Virus record (IMG/VR): IMGVR_UViG_3300015615_000629
Location: 160,001-224,000 of that record
Length of the DNA: 64,000 nucleotides
DNA from: a virus
Taxonomy: Duplodnaviria; Heunggongvirae; Uroviricota; Caudoviricetes
Strand: one strand, 5' to 3'
The translations under genes were made by a program, and so were the position numbers. Below are positions 1 to 10,416 of this stretch, piece after piece. A model generated the notes under the pieces. That model searched no databases. It was not told where the DNA came from and saw only the letters and a list, made by a program, of their open reading frames with translations. The first letter of the stretch is position 1. Every line of letters begins with the position of its first letter.

Positions 1-947
1 GGAGTTATATCTTTTGGCATTTCTAGCCCCAATGAAACAATCATATCCCCTTTGGCACCGTTCAAAACACTATATATCCCAGCATTTGGTATCCGGAATC
101 TAGTAGTAGGCTTAGTATTTGGTGGAATTTTCACCACATAACTATCTTTTATGCCTTTTACCTCGAACTTATGTCCAAACACCAATTGAGTATAAGTCAC
201 AGGAACAGTAACTAAGATATTGTTGTGTTCTCGACGGAAGAATTCATGCGGTTTAGGCAAAATAGTAACAATTAATGAGCCGTTGCCTCTTCGTCCTGGT
301 TCTCCCATATTGGGAACTCTTATTTGCATTCCTGGCTCTAAACCAGCAGGTATGTTTATTGTTATTTTTTCCTTGTGAGAGGGACTAATTCCCAAACCGA
401 GACAATCATCGCATTTTTGCTTGACTTTTTTGCCTTTTCCGGAGCAATCTTCACAAGTTTTCATTTCAATTCCACCTGAAATTGAATGGATTTTTGCTCC
501 TTGACCACCGCAAACAAAACATGTTTCTAAATGCAATGCACCACTTCCGTGACATTTTTTACAAGGGACAGTAACATCTACTTCGACTTCTTTCGAGCAT
601 CCTTCTACAACATCCATGAAATCCACTTCTAAATGGATTATTTTATTCCTACCTTGCCCTTGACCGAAGAAATCGGTAAAGAAATTAGAAAAATCAGCAG
701 GTCTGGGTTGATGTTGGCGATTTGGACGGGGTCGTGAATGGGTTGCCCCACTATCATAAAGCCTTCTTTTATGCGGATCTCCTAGAGTTTCAAAGGCTTC
801 GGCAACTTCTTTGAACTTTTTAATTGCCGTTTCATCATCCGGATTTCTGTCCGGATGATATTTAAGGGCTGCCTCCCGATAAGCTTTTGCAATTTCTTCC
901 TGGGAGGCAGCCCTTGTTACTCCAAGAGATGCATAAAAATCTGGCAT
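1..947 (-). CDS. dnaJ: DnaJ chaperone (3' end runs off window)
   Basis: Not in ORF track; translated by hand from ATG 947: [38 protein letters not shown] (J domain, HPD), G/F region, four CxxCxGxG zinc-finger repeats. Confidence 0.95.
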   Translation of the reverse strand, partial: MPDFYASLGVTRAASQEEIAKAYREAALKYHPDRNPDDETAIKKFKEVAEAFETLGDPHKRRLYDSGATHSRPRPNRQHQPRPADFSNFFTDFFGQGQGRNKIIHLEVDFMDVVEGCSKEVEVDVTVPCKKCHGSGALHLETCFVCGGQGAKIHSISGGIEMKTCEDCSGKGKKVKQKCDDCLGLGISPSHKEKITINIPAGLEPGMQIRVPNMGEPGRRGNGSLIVTILPKPHEFFRREHNNILVTVPVTYTQLVFGHKFEVKGIKDSYVVKIPPNTKPTTRFRIPNAGIYSVLNGAKGDMIVSLGLEMPKDIT

Positions 948-1247
948 TTATTCTTCGACTTCGTCCAAAATTCCCTTTATAACATGCGGCTCAATTAATT
1001 GGTATTCGTGTTCATCACCCAAACTAGGAACAGGGGTAAAATTACCAGTAACTAATACCCTATCACCAACCTTATAACCATTCTTTTCACAATCGACCAT
1101 CGGCCCAACGGAAACAATATAGCCTTGCGGTGCCCCCAAATTAACATTTTCCGACAAATGCAACTTAGTTCCAGCAATTTCTGCAGAAGTCAACCTTCTA
1201 ATTAGAACCTGATGTCCAGCGGGACGGCAACTTGTAACTTTTTTCAT
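948..1247 (-). CDS. groES: GroES/Cpn10-like co-chaperonin
   Basis: PAGHQVLIRR...GYIVSVGP...KVGDRVL...IKGILD pattern, 99 aa, next to dnaJ. Confidence 0.8.
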   Translation of the reverse strand: MKKVTSCRPAGHQVLIRRLTSAEIAGTKLHLSENVNLGAPQGYIVSVGPMVDCEKNGYKVGDRVLVTGNFTPVPSLGDEHEYQLIEPHVIKGILDEVEE

Positions 1248-1279
1248 AAAAATTTCTCCTTTGAACCTAAAATAGTAAT

Positions 1280-3820
1280 CTATTGGAGAAATTCTGCTTT
1301 TAATTTCGGATTATTACAAATAGCTGGAGCGGGGACATATGCTCCTTTTACATATTTCCAAGTAACTCTAGTTTTAATTTGCTCTCTGGCGGTCGTTATT
1401 TCAGAGCATTCATAGCCAGGAACCGCTTCATCCAACCCCTGGTAGACAAGACTAGTTACTGTAGTATTTTCGTTAAATGAGAAATTAACATTGCCGCCAC
1501 CATCGGCAGTAGAGCCATCGGCAACAATCAAAGAACCACCTCCCGCATTGCAATTCTTGACGTTTACACGGTTCATAAACGCAGAACCGAATACCTTAAG
1601 CGTCCAAGTGCTAGCAGCCCTTAAATCAAGCAAGTTTGTAGGACTTACACCATTAAATAGCAAATTACCCAAAACAGTAAATCTAGAACCGGCCAGACCA
1701 GTTAAATTGACGCTAGAGCCTGCTGTAATGGTGAAATTATTTGTTGTGTAAGTTTTAGAACTGAAGTTGGCTATTCCAGTTGAAATGTTTATATTATTAC
1801 ATTTAAAGCCCTGAGAAAACACAATATTAGTTCCTGCTACTAGTATGTCCTCAACGGTGTTACCAAGTAAATTAACGGTTTGGGTAGTGGTTCCATTAAA
1901 CATTAACAAGCCGCTACCTCTTTCCCACAACATCTTATCCGTAGTAACCTCTGTCATGGACAGGTTTTTCTTCAAAATAAGATTATTGGAATTAGTCCTT
2001 CCTGTAAACGTTTTTCCGGAAACAGTCTGGTTAAATGTAACATTTCCTAAAAATGTCATATTGACAAAGAAATCTACGGTTTCATTATCTGAACTTTGAT
2101 TAAAAACGAAATCATTAGCAAATGATAAAGTTTGCTCTAAACTAGTAATAATAACATTTCCATACGTAGTAATAGTCCCTGTATGAGACCAGCGACCATT
2201 GTTAACAATACTTGCCCCGTCCAAAAAAGTTAATTCGCCAGTGCCGGAAATAACGACACCTGAATCGATGCTAAAAAGTGCTTCTTCATGGATTAAATTT
2301 CCATCAATAGCCAAATCGCCATCAATATGTAACGAGACTATTCTTGCTCCCGCTGCTCCAATGCTGTAATCTGAACCAGCCAAAAGAATTGATTCTGGCA
2401 AAGCAACTGTTAAATCTGATTCTATAGAACCAGAACCACTAAATTCTAAAACTCCATTTTGTGGGAAGGATAAAGTGGAAGTTCCAGAGGAATCCCAACT
2501 TCCACCTATTGCAATATCTGGAGTATCAATGGCAATATCATCGCTTCCGGAAATAAGCACATCGCCATTAATTGTAAATTCATTTTCTGCAAATAAATCA
2601 ACGGTTCCACCACTTATCGTAAAATCTTCTACTGTGAGTTGATGTCCGGAAATGTTTACAGTTGCTCCTGCAGCATCTATCTCCAGATTGCCCATCGCTA
2701 CAACAGGGACTAAAGTAACGGTTTGAGTAGCCGAAGAAGGTGGAGCAAATATATTTGTTGAATTTGTTCCTTTTTGCCATGTAAAAGAACCGGCGTTATT
2801 CGTCATTGTAACGTCTGCTTCAAACGTTAATGTAGAATTAGTTCCATTTGTATAAGTAAACGTTCCAGTGCTTCCGCTAGCCCCCGTATACAATCCGGAA
2901 AAAAAAGAAACCGTATTTGTGAAAACATAAGTTCCTGCCTGGAATGAAAAATTCATAGCATTAGCACTAGCACCAGTACGGCCAAACTTTAAAATACAAT
3001 CATAAGTTCCTGGCCCAAAAGTTTGACCGCCGTCGGTAACTGCCAGAGTAATGTCAGCATCAATAGACCCATTATTTGTAATACTACCATTTTGCGATAA
3101 CAAGAATAGTGGCGGCCCATTAGAGCCATTGTCGTTAGCAAAGGTTATAGAAGAACCAGTATTCAAAGTAACATTTGTAAAAAATATCAACGGCGTTCCA
3201 GAAAGATTGCTAAAAGCAATAGATTTATCCGCAGCTACCGTCATTCTAAAAGGCCACATAACACTACGATTTACATAACCATCGCCTTGAATATTAAGGA
3301 AATGAACGTTATAGCCGCCAGGATTCTCTAACTGAAGCACTCTCGTTCCTGCTCCTGTGCCATTACAATTTAATGTCCAGTTTGTATTTACTGTCGCAGA
3401 CGCAACCGCAGTCGTAGTGCAGGAACCATACAAATCAATTACACACGTGCCAGCAATAAAGGTGGCCGCACCTGTCTGGAAAAGGATGTCACCGCCATCA
3501 GCAGAACCAATAGTGTGGTTCCCAGAGCCCAAATTAAGAGTTCCAGCACCTTGGAAATTAAGAGTTGTGCCGGAATTGTTCGTAAGAGTAAGATTATATG
3601 TAGAAGTATTGAATGTGCCGGTATAACCGGTATTCAGAAGCAACTTAGAACATGTTACATCAGCAGTTAAAGTGCAATTTCCAGTGCCACCCCCATTAAA
3701 GGTAGCATCATCACCAGTGGTTGCGGCAGTTGTATCGTTCGAGCCACCACTGGTGGTTGACCATCTGGTGTTATCGTTAAAATTGCCCGCTCCACTACCA
3801 ATCCAATATTTTGTAGCCAT
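1280..3820 (-). CDS. Large Gly/Thr/Asn-rich beta-repeat protein, probable virion adhesin/fibre
   Basis: 846 aa, MATKYWIGSGAGNFNDNTRWSTTSGG start, beta-solenoid-like composition, TAGATA box 6 nt upstream. Confidence 0.55.
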   Translation of the reverse strand: MATKYWIGSGAGNFNDNTRWSTTSGGSNDTTAATTGDDATFNGGGTGNCTLTADVTCSKLLLNTGYTGTFNTSTYNLTLTNNSGTTLNFQGAGTLNLGSGNHTIGSADGGDILFQTGAATFIAGTCVIDLYGSCTTTAVASATVNTNWTLNCNGTGAGTRVLQLENPGGYNVHFLNIQGDGYVNRSVMWPFRMTVAADKSIAFSNLSGTPLIFFTNVTLNTGSSITFANDNGSNGPPLFLLSQNGSITNNGSIDADITLAVTDGGQTFGPGTYDCILKFGRTGASANAMNFSFQAGTYVFTNTVSFFSGLYTGASGSTGTFTYTNGTNSTLTFEADVTMTNNAGSFTWQKGTNSTNIFAPPSSATQTVTLVPVVAMGNLEIDAAGATVNISGHQLTVEDFTISGGTVDLFAENEFTINGDVLISGSDDIAIDTPDIAIGGSWDSSGTSTLSFPQNGVLEFSGSGSIESDLTVALPESILLAGSDYSIGAAGARIVSLHIDGDLAIDGNLIHEEALFSIDSGVVISGTGELTFLDGASIVNNGRWSHTGTITTYGNVIITSLEQTLSFANDFVFNQSSDNETVDFFVNMTFLGNVTFNQTVSGKTFTGRTNSNNLILKKNLSMTEVTTDKMLWERGSGLLMFNGTTTQTVNLLGNTVEDILVAGTNIVFSQGFKCNNINISTGIANFSSKTYTTNNFTITAGSSVNLTGLAGSRFTVLGNLLFNGVSPTNLLDLRAASTWTLKVFGSAFMNRVNVKNCNAGGGSLIVADGSTADGGGNVNFSFNENTTVTSLVYQGLDEAVPGYECSEITTAREQIKTRVTWKYVKGAYVPAPAICNNPKLKAEFLQ

Positions 3821-3837
3821 GAAAGGTATCTAGTATT

Positions 3838-4344
3838 TTAACCTTCCAAATTAGGCTCCACAACGCAAGTAATGTTTCTACCTTCCATTCTAGGACTAGG
3901 CTTGGACTTAATAAGGTCGGAAACCTTGTCCAAGAAACCATTTACAACAGTAAACCCAAGATGAGAATGTGATAATTGACTCTTCTTATTAAAGAAAAGC
4001 CTAATTTTCACTTTATTGCCAGACTCTAAGAACTTTCTGGCTTGGTTTATCTTGGTTTCAAGATCGTGTTCGGCAATATTAGGTTTTAAGCTAACTTCTT
4101 TGAGAACAGGAGTTTTTCTTTTGTTTTTACGATCTTTAACCTGTTGTTCATACTTGAATTTTCCATAATCCATAATACGACAAACAGGTGGCTTGCTATC
4201 TGGCGCTACTTCCACCAGATCCAATTCCTTCTCATAAGCCATTTTTCTGGCTTGATTCGTAGGAATTATACCTAAATTATTGTCGCCATCAATTAATCTA
4301 ACTGCGGGAACCCGTATCTGATCGTTGATCCTGCTTCTCATCAT
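3838..4344 (-). CDS. infC: Translation initiation factor IF-3
   Basis: RINDQIRVPAVRLID...DLVEVAPDSKPPVCRIMDYGKFKYE...HDLETKINQARKFL. Confidence 0.97.
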   Translation of the reverse strand: MMRSRINDQIRVPAVRLIDGDNNLGIIPTNQARKMAYEKELDLVEVAPDSKPPVCRIMDYGKFKYEQQVKDRKNKRKTPVLKEVSLKPNIAEHDLETKINQARKFLESGNKVKIRLFFNKKSQLSHSHLGFTVVNGFLDKVSDLIKSKPSPRMEGRNITCVVEPNLEG

Positions 4345-5966
4345 AATTTTTTCGATAATGCCTTAGTCATTCTATCTAATCCTACTGAAATATCGTCCGC
4401 ATCTAAAATCGCATTTATAAGCGTAAGTCCTTTATTGACAAGACCATACGACAATGCAGATTCAAGTTCATCTTCTGTTTCCACTTTAAATCCTTTGCCA
4501 CCAACTACTTCGACAAGTTTTTCATAGTTCCACTCAGCAACATCGTTAAAAGGTCCATCTAATAGAAACCGTTCTGTGGTGAAGCCGTGGTTGTTTAGAA
4601 CTATAACTATAGCATTTTGTTTTCTTTTGACAATAGTAGAAAGTTCATTACAAGACATTTGAAAAGCCCCATCCCCAACTAAAACAATAGGACGTACATT
4701 TGGAGCCGCTGTAGCGAAGCCAAGAGCCCCAGGAATAGCAAAGCCCATCGATGTATAGAAAGCAGGGCTTAAAAAGCCATTATTTCTCTTAATTACCAAA
4801 TCGATTGCCCCGAACAAAGAATCACCAATGTCGGCAATAATGGCAGTATTTTCGTCAAGAATAGAATTTATTTTTTCAAAAAGCCTTGCAACCTTCAATT
4901 TCTGACCTGCTAAAGCGGAAAATGCACTGACATCCATCTTGTTAAGAGCAGCAAATGGCTTTTTATCAAAATTGGATTTAAACAAAGATTTTGTAAAATC
5001 TAAAAACGTAACATTTGAGAAAGCATGGTTTTTTACTTTTAATTCTTCAACTGTAGAAATTACGGTTTGGCGTTTTTCAAATTTGACTGGCATGAATCCG
5101 AAATTCATATCAGTAATCATAACTCCCAGCATCAGCAAACAATCAGAAGATTCGACAATTTCTCTGACGGATTGTTTGCTTGCCTTGCCCGCATAAACGC
5201 CCAGGAACAAAGGATGAGATTCATCTACAACCGATTTGCTAAGTAATGTCGTGGCAATTGGAATGTTTAATTTTTCAGCAAATTTAGTTACTTCATTACC
5301 CAATCCGTAACGAGCCAACTGCACACCTGCCAAAATGACAGGATTTTTAGCAGAATTAATCCAAGAGATAGTTTCTTCAAGAGCTTCGTTTAGATTTTCT
5401 GGATCGCTAACGGGAGGTCTTGGTGTTCCTTGGCGGTAAACATCATAATCAAGTGGCTTTTCGGCCACATCACGTGGTAATTCGATATAAATTGGTTGCT
5501 TATGGTGTTTAAGTGCCTCAAAAACCCTATCGATTTCATATCCAGCCGTGGATGGATTGTCCAGAACAGTGCTAGCACATGTAATATTTTCAAATATTTG
5601 TTTTTGGCATTCAAAACTTCTAACCATATGGTGCAGCAAAACTCCATCTCCGCGTTCTTTTAACCCTGGAGAACCAGAGATTAGAACAACAGGGGAACGT
5701 TCGGCATAAGCACAAGCAATTGAATTGGCAAGTTTTAAAGCACCCACATTGTAGGTAACGCACACGCAACCAACACCCTTGACACGAGCATAAGCATCGG
5801 CAGCAAAACCAGCATGGGATTCGTCGGTTGTGTTAATTAATTCTATTTTTGGGAAATCAGACAGTTTTTTGTAAAATGAAAGAATATAATCTCCTGGCAG
5901 TCCAAACACATGTTGGATTCCAGAATTATGCAACCGTTCAATTAAAAAGTCGGCTACAGATGGCAT
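4341..5966 (-). CDS. TPP-dependent 2-oxoacid (pyruvate/indolepyruvate) decarboxylase family
   Basis: HVFGLPGDY, ADAYARVKG, LLHH, TPP motif GDGAFQM...NN. Confidence 0.9.
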   Translation of the reverse strand: MPSVADFLIERLHNSGIQHVFGLPGDYILSFYKKLSDFPKIELINTTDESHAGFAADAYARVKGVGCVCVTYNVGALKLANSIACAYAERSPVVLISGSPGLKERGDGVLLHHMVRSFECQKQIFENITCASTVLDNPSTAGYEIDRVFEALKHHKQPIYIELPRDVAEKPLDYDVYRQGTPRPPVSDPENLNEALEETISWINSAKNPVILAGVQLARYGLGNEVTKFAEKLNIPIATTLLSKSVVDESHPLFLGVYAGKASKQSVREIVESSDCLLMLGVMITDMNFGFMPVKFEKRQTVISTVEELKVKNHAFSNVTFLDFTKSLFKSNFDKKPFAALNKMDVSAFSALAGQKLKVARLFEKINSILDENTAIIADIGDSLFGAIDLVIKRNNGFLSPAFYTSMGFAIPGALGFATAAPNVRPIVLVGDGAFQMSCNELSTIVKRKQNAIVIVLNNHGFTTERFLLDGPFNDVAEWNYEKLVEVVGGKGFKVETEDELESALSYGLVNKGLTLINAILDADDISVGLDRMTKALSKKL

Positions 5967-5977
5967 TCAAACTCCTT

Positions 5978-6769
5978 TTAGGTGGTTGTTGGAGAATCAA
6001 CAATTTTGATTAAAAATCCACTTCCTTCGGATGGAAAACGTCGAACCCATTCAACTCCATCACCCAAATCACAGCCAAAATCACTAGGACTAAGATCTGC
6101 CGAAGTAAAACTTGGGATTATATCTGGAAAAGATGTAAAAGCATGCTCAACTGTCATACTCAGTAATTTGAATTCTAACCAATAGCAACCAGGAAGACAA
6201 GTGTCATTAGACTGAAAAGTATAAACTAAAAAAGTTTCACTTAATTGATCGGTCAAAGTTGAACCATCTTCTTGCAGAATATCCCTCAATACGGACTGAA
6301 TCTCAGCAGTTCCATTTAATACTCTAAAAATCTTGATTACCGTCCCACGCTTCCAATCACTGGCTGTAGTGCCGCCATAAGCACGTTCTACCTTTACCAA
6401 CTTATTGGTTTCGTCGAAGGCGGTAACAAGCATCTTTTCTGGCAGACGAACTCTATCCATTACCAGAATATCGCCGACCATAATTTGCTCAAAACCAACA
6501 TTATTTGCAAGGGGAAAATACTCATCTTCCGCAGTTATGTTGCTCTTTAACTTTGCCAACGCCCACATGTTCACTTCGGCAATGAGGTTTGTGGCACTTA
6601 AATCAAGCGGTCCATCACAGTCCGACACACTAACCTTAAAATCTGGTTTGGTGTCGTGTCGTTTGATAGTAAAGTCTGGGCAGCGGTTTTGTGGGCAACC
6701 ATCCTTTGAAGGACAGTTGCTTGAAGATGTGCTTCCACAGGGAATTCCAGTTCGATTATTGCAAGCCAT
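5978..6769 (-). CDS. Probable virion structural protein (BppU-like N-terminal region)
   Basis: FTIKRHDTKPDFKVSV...DLS, YTFQSNDT.LPG.YWLEF; TATATA box upstream. Confidence 0.45.
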   Translation of the reverse strand: MACNNRTGIPCGSTSSSNCPSKDGCPQNRCPDFTIKRHDTKPDFKVSVSDCDGPLDLSATNLIAEVNMWALAKLKSNITAEDEYFPLANNVGFEQIMVGDILVMDRVRLPEKMLVTAFDETNKLVKVERAYGGTTASDWKRGTVIKIFRVLNGTAEIQSVLRDILQEDGSTLTDQLSETFLVYTFQSNDTCLPGCYWLEFKLLSMTVEHAFTSFPDIIPSFTSADLSPSDFGCDLGDGVEWVRRFPSEGSGFLIKIVDSPTTT

Positions 6770-6786
6770 GAACTTATATATTGTGT

Positions 6787-7815
6787 ATGTTTTGGCATTT
6801 AACAGAAGGCATTCTTGCTTTTAGCAAAGAAGACTTAGAAAAAGAATATAATAAGGAAAGTTATAAGGTCGCTCATATTTACATGGACGGCAAAGGCATT
6901 GTCCATTTAGGTTATTATGGAAAAGACCCAAACAACCTAGCAACTATATTTTCTAGAACTGCGGAAGTAACCCTCTGGCCGGATGAAAAGAAAATTTCCG
7001 TCAGAAGAACAAGTTTTGGCAGAATTAGTCCAAGACTAGACCAATTAATCAAAACATTGAAGTCAAACGGGATCGTAGATGATTCATGGCATTTAGACGC
7101 CAGAGGATTAGGAGGAATTGGATATTACAAGGACGGAAAATATGTTACAGAACCAGAAGAAATCAATAAATCTCCATTAAGTAAATTAAGACGCCTCGAT
7201 AAGAGTATTACCGATTTAGTCGCTTATCACGGAACGTCTGAAGAAGATTGGCAGAAGATTCAGAAATTTGGCGGCTTATCCCCTCTCTTCATGTCTTCCG
7301 GAACGACAGGAGGCTATGAAAGCAGATATAAACACGAGTACAATAAAAAAACCTTATATTTAGCCGGAACCATGCAGAAAGCATGGGATTATGCCACTAC
7401 AAGAGCCAAACAAATAAGCACTAAAAACGGGCAAAAATATGGTAGTTCGCCATGTGATTTACTGGTTAAGCCCATTGTTTTAAGAGTTAATATCCCAGAT
7501 ATTACAAAATTACGTTCAGATGATGATGCTGTAAATTCTATAATGTCTAAATGGGCAAGAAGAATTTGGGATAAATTCAGTTACGAGGAGAAAAAAGATT
7601 TAATTAAGAAGATGAGCGACGAGCGGGGTTTTGACGTAAGTTCGATGCCTGATTATATTTGGAGAGAGACGGACGCTGGCTTTGCGAAGTTGCTTTCTTT
7701 GCTTCCGAAGGACGCTTTTCAGGCTTGGTTTGCTTCTGCGAAGAGGACTGGTCAGATTGGCTATCGGGGAGTGATTCCTCTTCGTTTTCTTCAGAATCTT
7801 GATCTTTGTTCTTAA
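6787..7815 (+). CDS. Putative ADP-ribosyltransferase-fold protein with leader MFWHLTE
   Basis: YHGTS...I...GGLSP...LYLAG...AWDYA...VLRV...GYRGVIP; start moved to ATG 6787. Confidence 0.55.
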   Translation: MFWHLTEGILAFSKEDLEKEYNKESYKVAHIYMDGKGIVHLGYYGKDPNNLATIFSRTAEVTLWPDEKKISVRRTSFGRISPRLDQLIKTLKSNGIVDDSWHLDARGLGGIGYYKDGKYVTEPEEINKSPLSKLRRLDKSITDLVAYHGTSEEDWQKIQKFGGLSPLFMSSGTTGGYESRYKHEYNKKTLYLAGTMQKAWDYATTRAKQISTKNGQKYGSSPCDLLVKPIVLRVNIPDITKLRSDDDAVNSIMSKWARRIWDKFSYEEKKDLIKKMSDERGFDVSSMPDYIWRETDAGFAKLLSLLPKDAFQAWFASAKRTGQIGYRGVIPLRFLQNLDLCS

Positions 7816-7981
7816 CGTCCTTTTCGTCGTCCTTCGGCTTTTCCTTCTTTTTCTTCTCAATGGTATCTTTGAGAATATTTAACTCTTTCTTTAGAGCGTC
7901 AGCTTCCTTGAGCCAATTATCAACAGATTTGTTGAGAGGACGCTTTTTAGATTCTAATAAATACCATTCCTTGAAGAGCAT
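7604..7981 (-). CDS. Charged low-complexity protein with MLFKEWYLLE leader
   Basis: Leader motif; 3' end overlaps the convergent gene by about 210 nt. Confidence 0.55.
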   Translation of the reverse strand: MLFKEWYLLESKKRPLNKSVDNWLKEADALKKELNILKDTIEKKKKEKPKDDEKDVKNKDQDSEENEEESLPDSQSDQSSSQKQTKPEKRPSEAKKATSQSQRPSLSKYNQASNLRQNPARRSSS

Positions 7982-8128
7982 ATCATATATTGGCTTCTAG
8001 GTCTGAAATTTCCGTATTCAGGTCTGAAATATCGCGTTCAATGGAAGATAGTTTATCTTCGCTCCAACGAAGTGGTTTTTTCCTTAAACTTGATTTTAGA
8101 AGTTTAATTTTTGCAGTCGTTTCAGCAA

Positions 8129-8611
8129 TCATTCCTTGGATTCTGGCGATTTCGATAAAATGGTCGTGCATTCATTAGTGGAGTTACTTTCATCTAATCT
8201 AGCACGCAATTTCCAATAAGGAATCTTTAATTTTCCTTCTTTTATGTGAACAACGGCATCAATATCGCCATTTTTCATGGCTTCCTCAAAAGATTCCTCT
8301 AGAAACAGAATCTTTTTCTTGAGGATAATTTTCCAACGACGAGACATAGCGAAGCCGGTATGTTCGCTAAATCGGGTGTAATTATGGAATTTCCAGTAGT
8401 AAGCCAGAAAGGCTCGCTGGCATTCAGAGCGAAAATATTTAAAAAACCAACGTTTGTCGCGGGGGACTTCGGAAAATTCCCCCGCGACAAACGTTATCTG
8501 ATCATCGTATTGATCGTCTGGATTTATCCAATTCTTGTACCGTGACATAATTCCAGAAAAGCAATAGTAATACCTCCAGCATAACGCTTCGGAATATTCA
8601 TTATCGAGCAT
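8129..8611 (-). CDS. Hypothetical protein
   Basis: 160-aa ORF in minus-strand gene run. Confidence 0.5.
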   Translation of the reverse strand: MLDNEYSEALCWRYYYCFSGIMSRYKNWINPDDQYDDQITFVAGEFSEVPRDKRWFFKYFRSECQRAFLAYYWKFHNYTRFSEHTGFAMSRRWKIILKKKILFLEESFEEAMKNGDIDAVVHIKEGKLKIPYWKLRARLDESNSTNECTTILSKSPESKE

Positions 8612-8994
8612 TCATCGAGAATGGAGATAATGAGTTTGGTTTCCGGAGCAATAGCTTCATCAAAATCCGTTTCGACATCAATGGTGTCGTAAATTCGATT
8701 CACTGCGGTGCTGATATCTAGTTGTAGAATCTCAGCATATCGTTGCGAATGCAACATCTTTTTTGGGATTGGCCCGCCGCAATAGAATTCACGTTTATCG
8801 AAAAACTTTTCCATGCACTGCCGAGCAAAGATAAAGTCTTCCGGCGAAGATTCTTCGCAAAGATTGTCAGGAATTCCTAAAGTTTCTTGAAATTCCTCGT
8901 CTACGTCCTCGTAGAACAATTCAGCTAAATCAGGCACTTCCACAAAAATCTCCTTAAGGACTGTGGCGTCCAGTTTATTTTGCCACTCTAGCAA
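8524..8994 (-). CDS. Hypothetical acidic protein
   Basis: 156-aa ORF. Confidence 0.5.
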   Translation of the reverse strand: MLEWQNKLDATVLKEIFVEVPDLAELFYEDVDEEFQETLGIPDNLCEESSPEDFIFARQCMEKFFDKREFYCGGPIPKKMLHSQRYAEILQLDISTAVNRIYDTIDVETDFDEAIAPETKLIISILDECSIMNIPKRYAGGITIAFLELCHGTRIG

Positions 8995-9049
8995 AATAAA
9001 TCAAAATCAACAATACATATTTGTAGAGAATTTACCTCACAGGTGGTTT

Positions 9050-9541
9050 ATGAAAAAGGTTATATTATTGTTTTGCTTTTTGGCTGTTTTTACAGGCTGT
9101 AATCCATTTAGTCCGAAAATCAACGAGAAAATCAACAATCAAGAAGGCAAAATCGACGAAATCCGAAATAATCAAAATGGCGTTATGACCGACATCATGA
9201 AATTACAACAAAAAGCCGAAGTCAACGCTAGAGACATCGAAAACATGCAGCAAGGAATTGTAAACAAGAACGAAGAAAATACGGGAATCCAAATACTAAA
9301 CGGTGATGGAGCCCTGCTGCTGGTTTTTGTAATTACATGCGTCTCGCTGTTCTTTATCTTTCACTATCGCGGCAAAGCCGTAACCAGTGAAAAAATGGCA
9401 AACTTATTAGTGCAACAAGTCGCTGAACGCAAAGATGACGAACTTGAAAACAACATTTTCTTGGCAAGCCTTCACGCAGGGGTTCAAGAAAACCTCTACA
9501 ATATGATGCTTAAAGCCAAACGAGACCAGGGTAATGGCTAA
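9050..9541 (+). CDS. Lipoprotein with coiled coil and internal TM helix
   Basis: MKKVILLFCFLAVFTGC signal/lipobox at ATG 9050 after AGGTGG; TM ALLLVFVITCVSLFFIF. Confidence 0.65.
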   Translation: MKKVILLFCFLAVFTGCNPFSPKINEKINNQEGKIDEIRNNQNGVMTDIMKLQQKAEVNARDIENMQQGIVNKNEENTGIQILNGDGALLLVFVITCVSLFFIFHYRGKAVTSEKMANLLVQQVAERKDDELENNIFLASLHAGVQENLYNMMLKAKRDQGNG

Positions 9542-9587
9542 CAAGAAAAAGTCAATACATCTTTTCTGATTTTTCAAAATAAGTAAA

Positions 9588-9854
9588 CTAGGGGATGTCG
9601 TAGCCTTGCTTAATATGACGTAAAAATGGATACCCTGGGCAATTATCTCCCAACGGCACATTTGCTTTTGCCGGATCGTTGCCAGCTTTTGCTTGATCTG
9701 TCTTGAATTTCTTCACTCGTCCATCGATTTTTTGTTTCAAAACCGTTTTTTTCACACAATGATGCCCTCCGTTACCATCATGCGTGCAATAAATGCATTC
9801 AGAAGCCCCAGAGCCCAACAGACAAACATCATCCAGTTGTTTTTTTGTTAGCAT
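9588..9854 (-). CDS. Small Cys-containing hypothetical protein
   Basis: 88-aa ORF overlapping end of def. Confidence 0.5.
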   Translation of the reverse strand: MLTKKQLDDVCLLGSGASECIYCTHDGNGGHHCVKKTVLKQKIDGRVKKFKTDQAKAGNDPAKANVPLGDNCPGYPFLRHIKQGYDIP

Positions 9855-10416
9855 AATACACTTCTTCTCCTTTAGATATCAAAATATCATTGTGATGGTC
9901 GATCTCGTGTTGAGAAACGATTGCCGCATAATCCGTCTGCTTTTCTTCGATTTCTACAAACTTTGGCTCGCCATCAACTACCAATTCCAATCCCCGCACA
10001 ATCACTTCGCTAGACCTGGATACCTTGAACAATCGGCAAACGCCGTTTTCATCCCGTAATGAAAGACAACCCTCCACAGTTTCAACATTTTCACCAACTT
10101 TTTCGTATTCACAGTTTACAAAAAATCTGGTTTTTTCCAAACGGGTCAAAAACAATTTATAAGGAATTCCAACCTGGACAGCTGATAATCCAATTCCCTT
10201 TTCACGAATACATAAATCTTCCAACATTAAACAAATTTTGTAGATTTCCACAACATCAAGCGGACAATTTACTGCTTTAGGGATTTTATCGACAGGTACT
10301 ATCGCCGCTCGTAGAGCATTTGTAATCTGGTCGACGAAGCCTAAAATTCCATCTTCGGCTTCGATATCAGCAGCCGCACGAAAGACATCGTTTATCTCTG
10401 TGAGGGGTTTTGACAT
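9829..10416 (-). CDS. def: Peptide deformylase
   Basis: All three motifs: GIGLSAVQVG, EGCLS, HEIDH. Confidence 0.95.
   Translation of the reverse strand: MSKPLTEINDVFRAAADIEAEDGILGFVDQITNALRAAIVPVDKIPKAVNCPLDVVEIYKICLMLEDLCIREKGIGLSAVQVGIPYKLFLTRLEKTRFFVNCEYEKVGENVETVEGCLSLRDENGVCRLFKVSRSSEVIVRGLELVVDGEPKFVEIEEKQTDYAAIVSQHEIDHHNDILISKGEEVYYANKKTTG

Noticed and set aside
1212-5647. Short alternative-frame and antisense ORFs inside long genes (here and throughout the track)
   Set aside because: Nested within well-supported CDSs and lack motifs
7981-7992. TANATA box before the 7604-7981 gene
   Set aside because: Only TATATG, 2 nt from the ATG; not counted as a match
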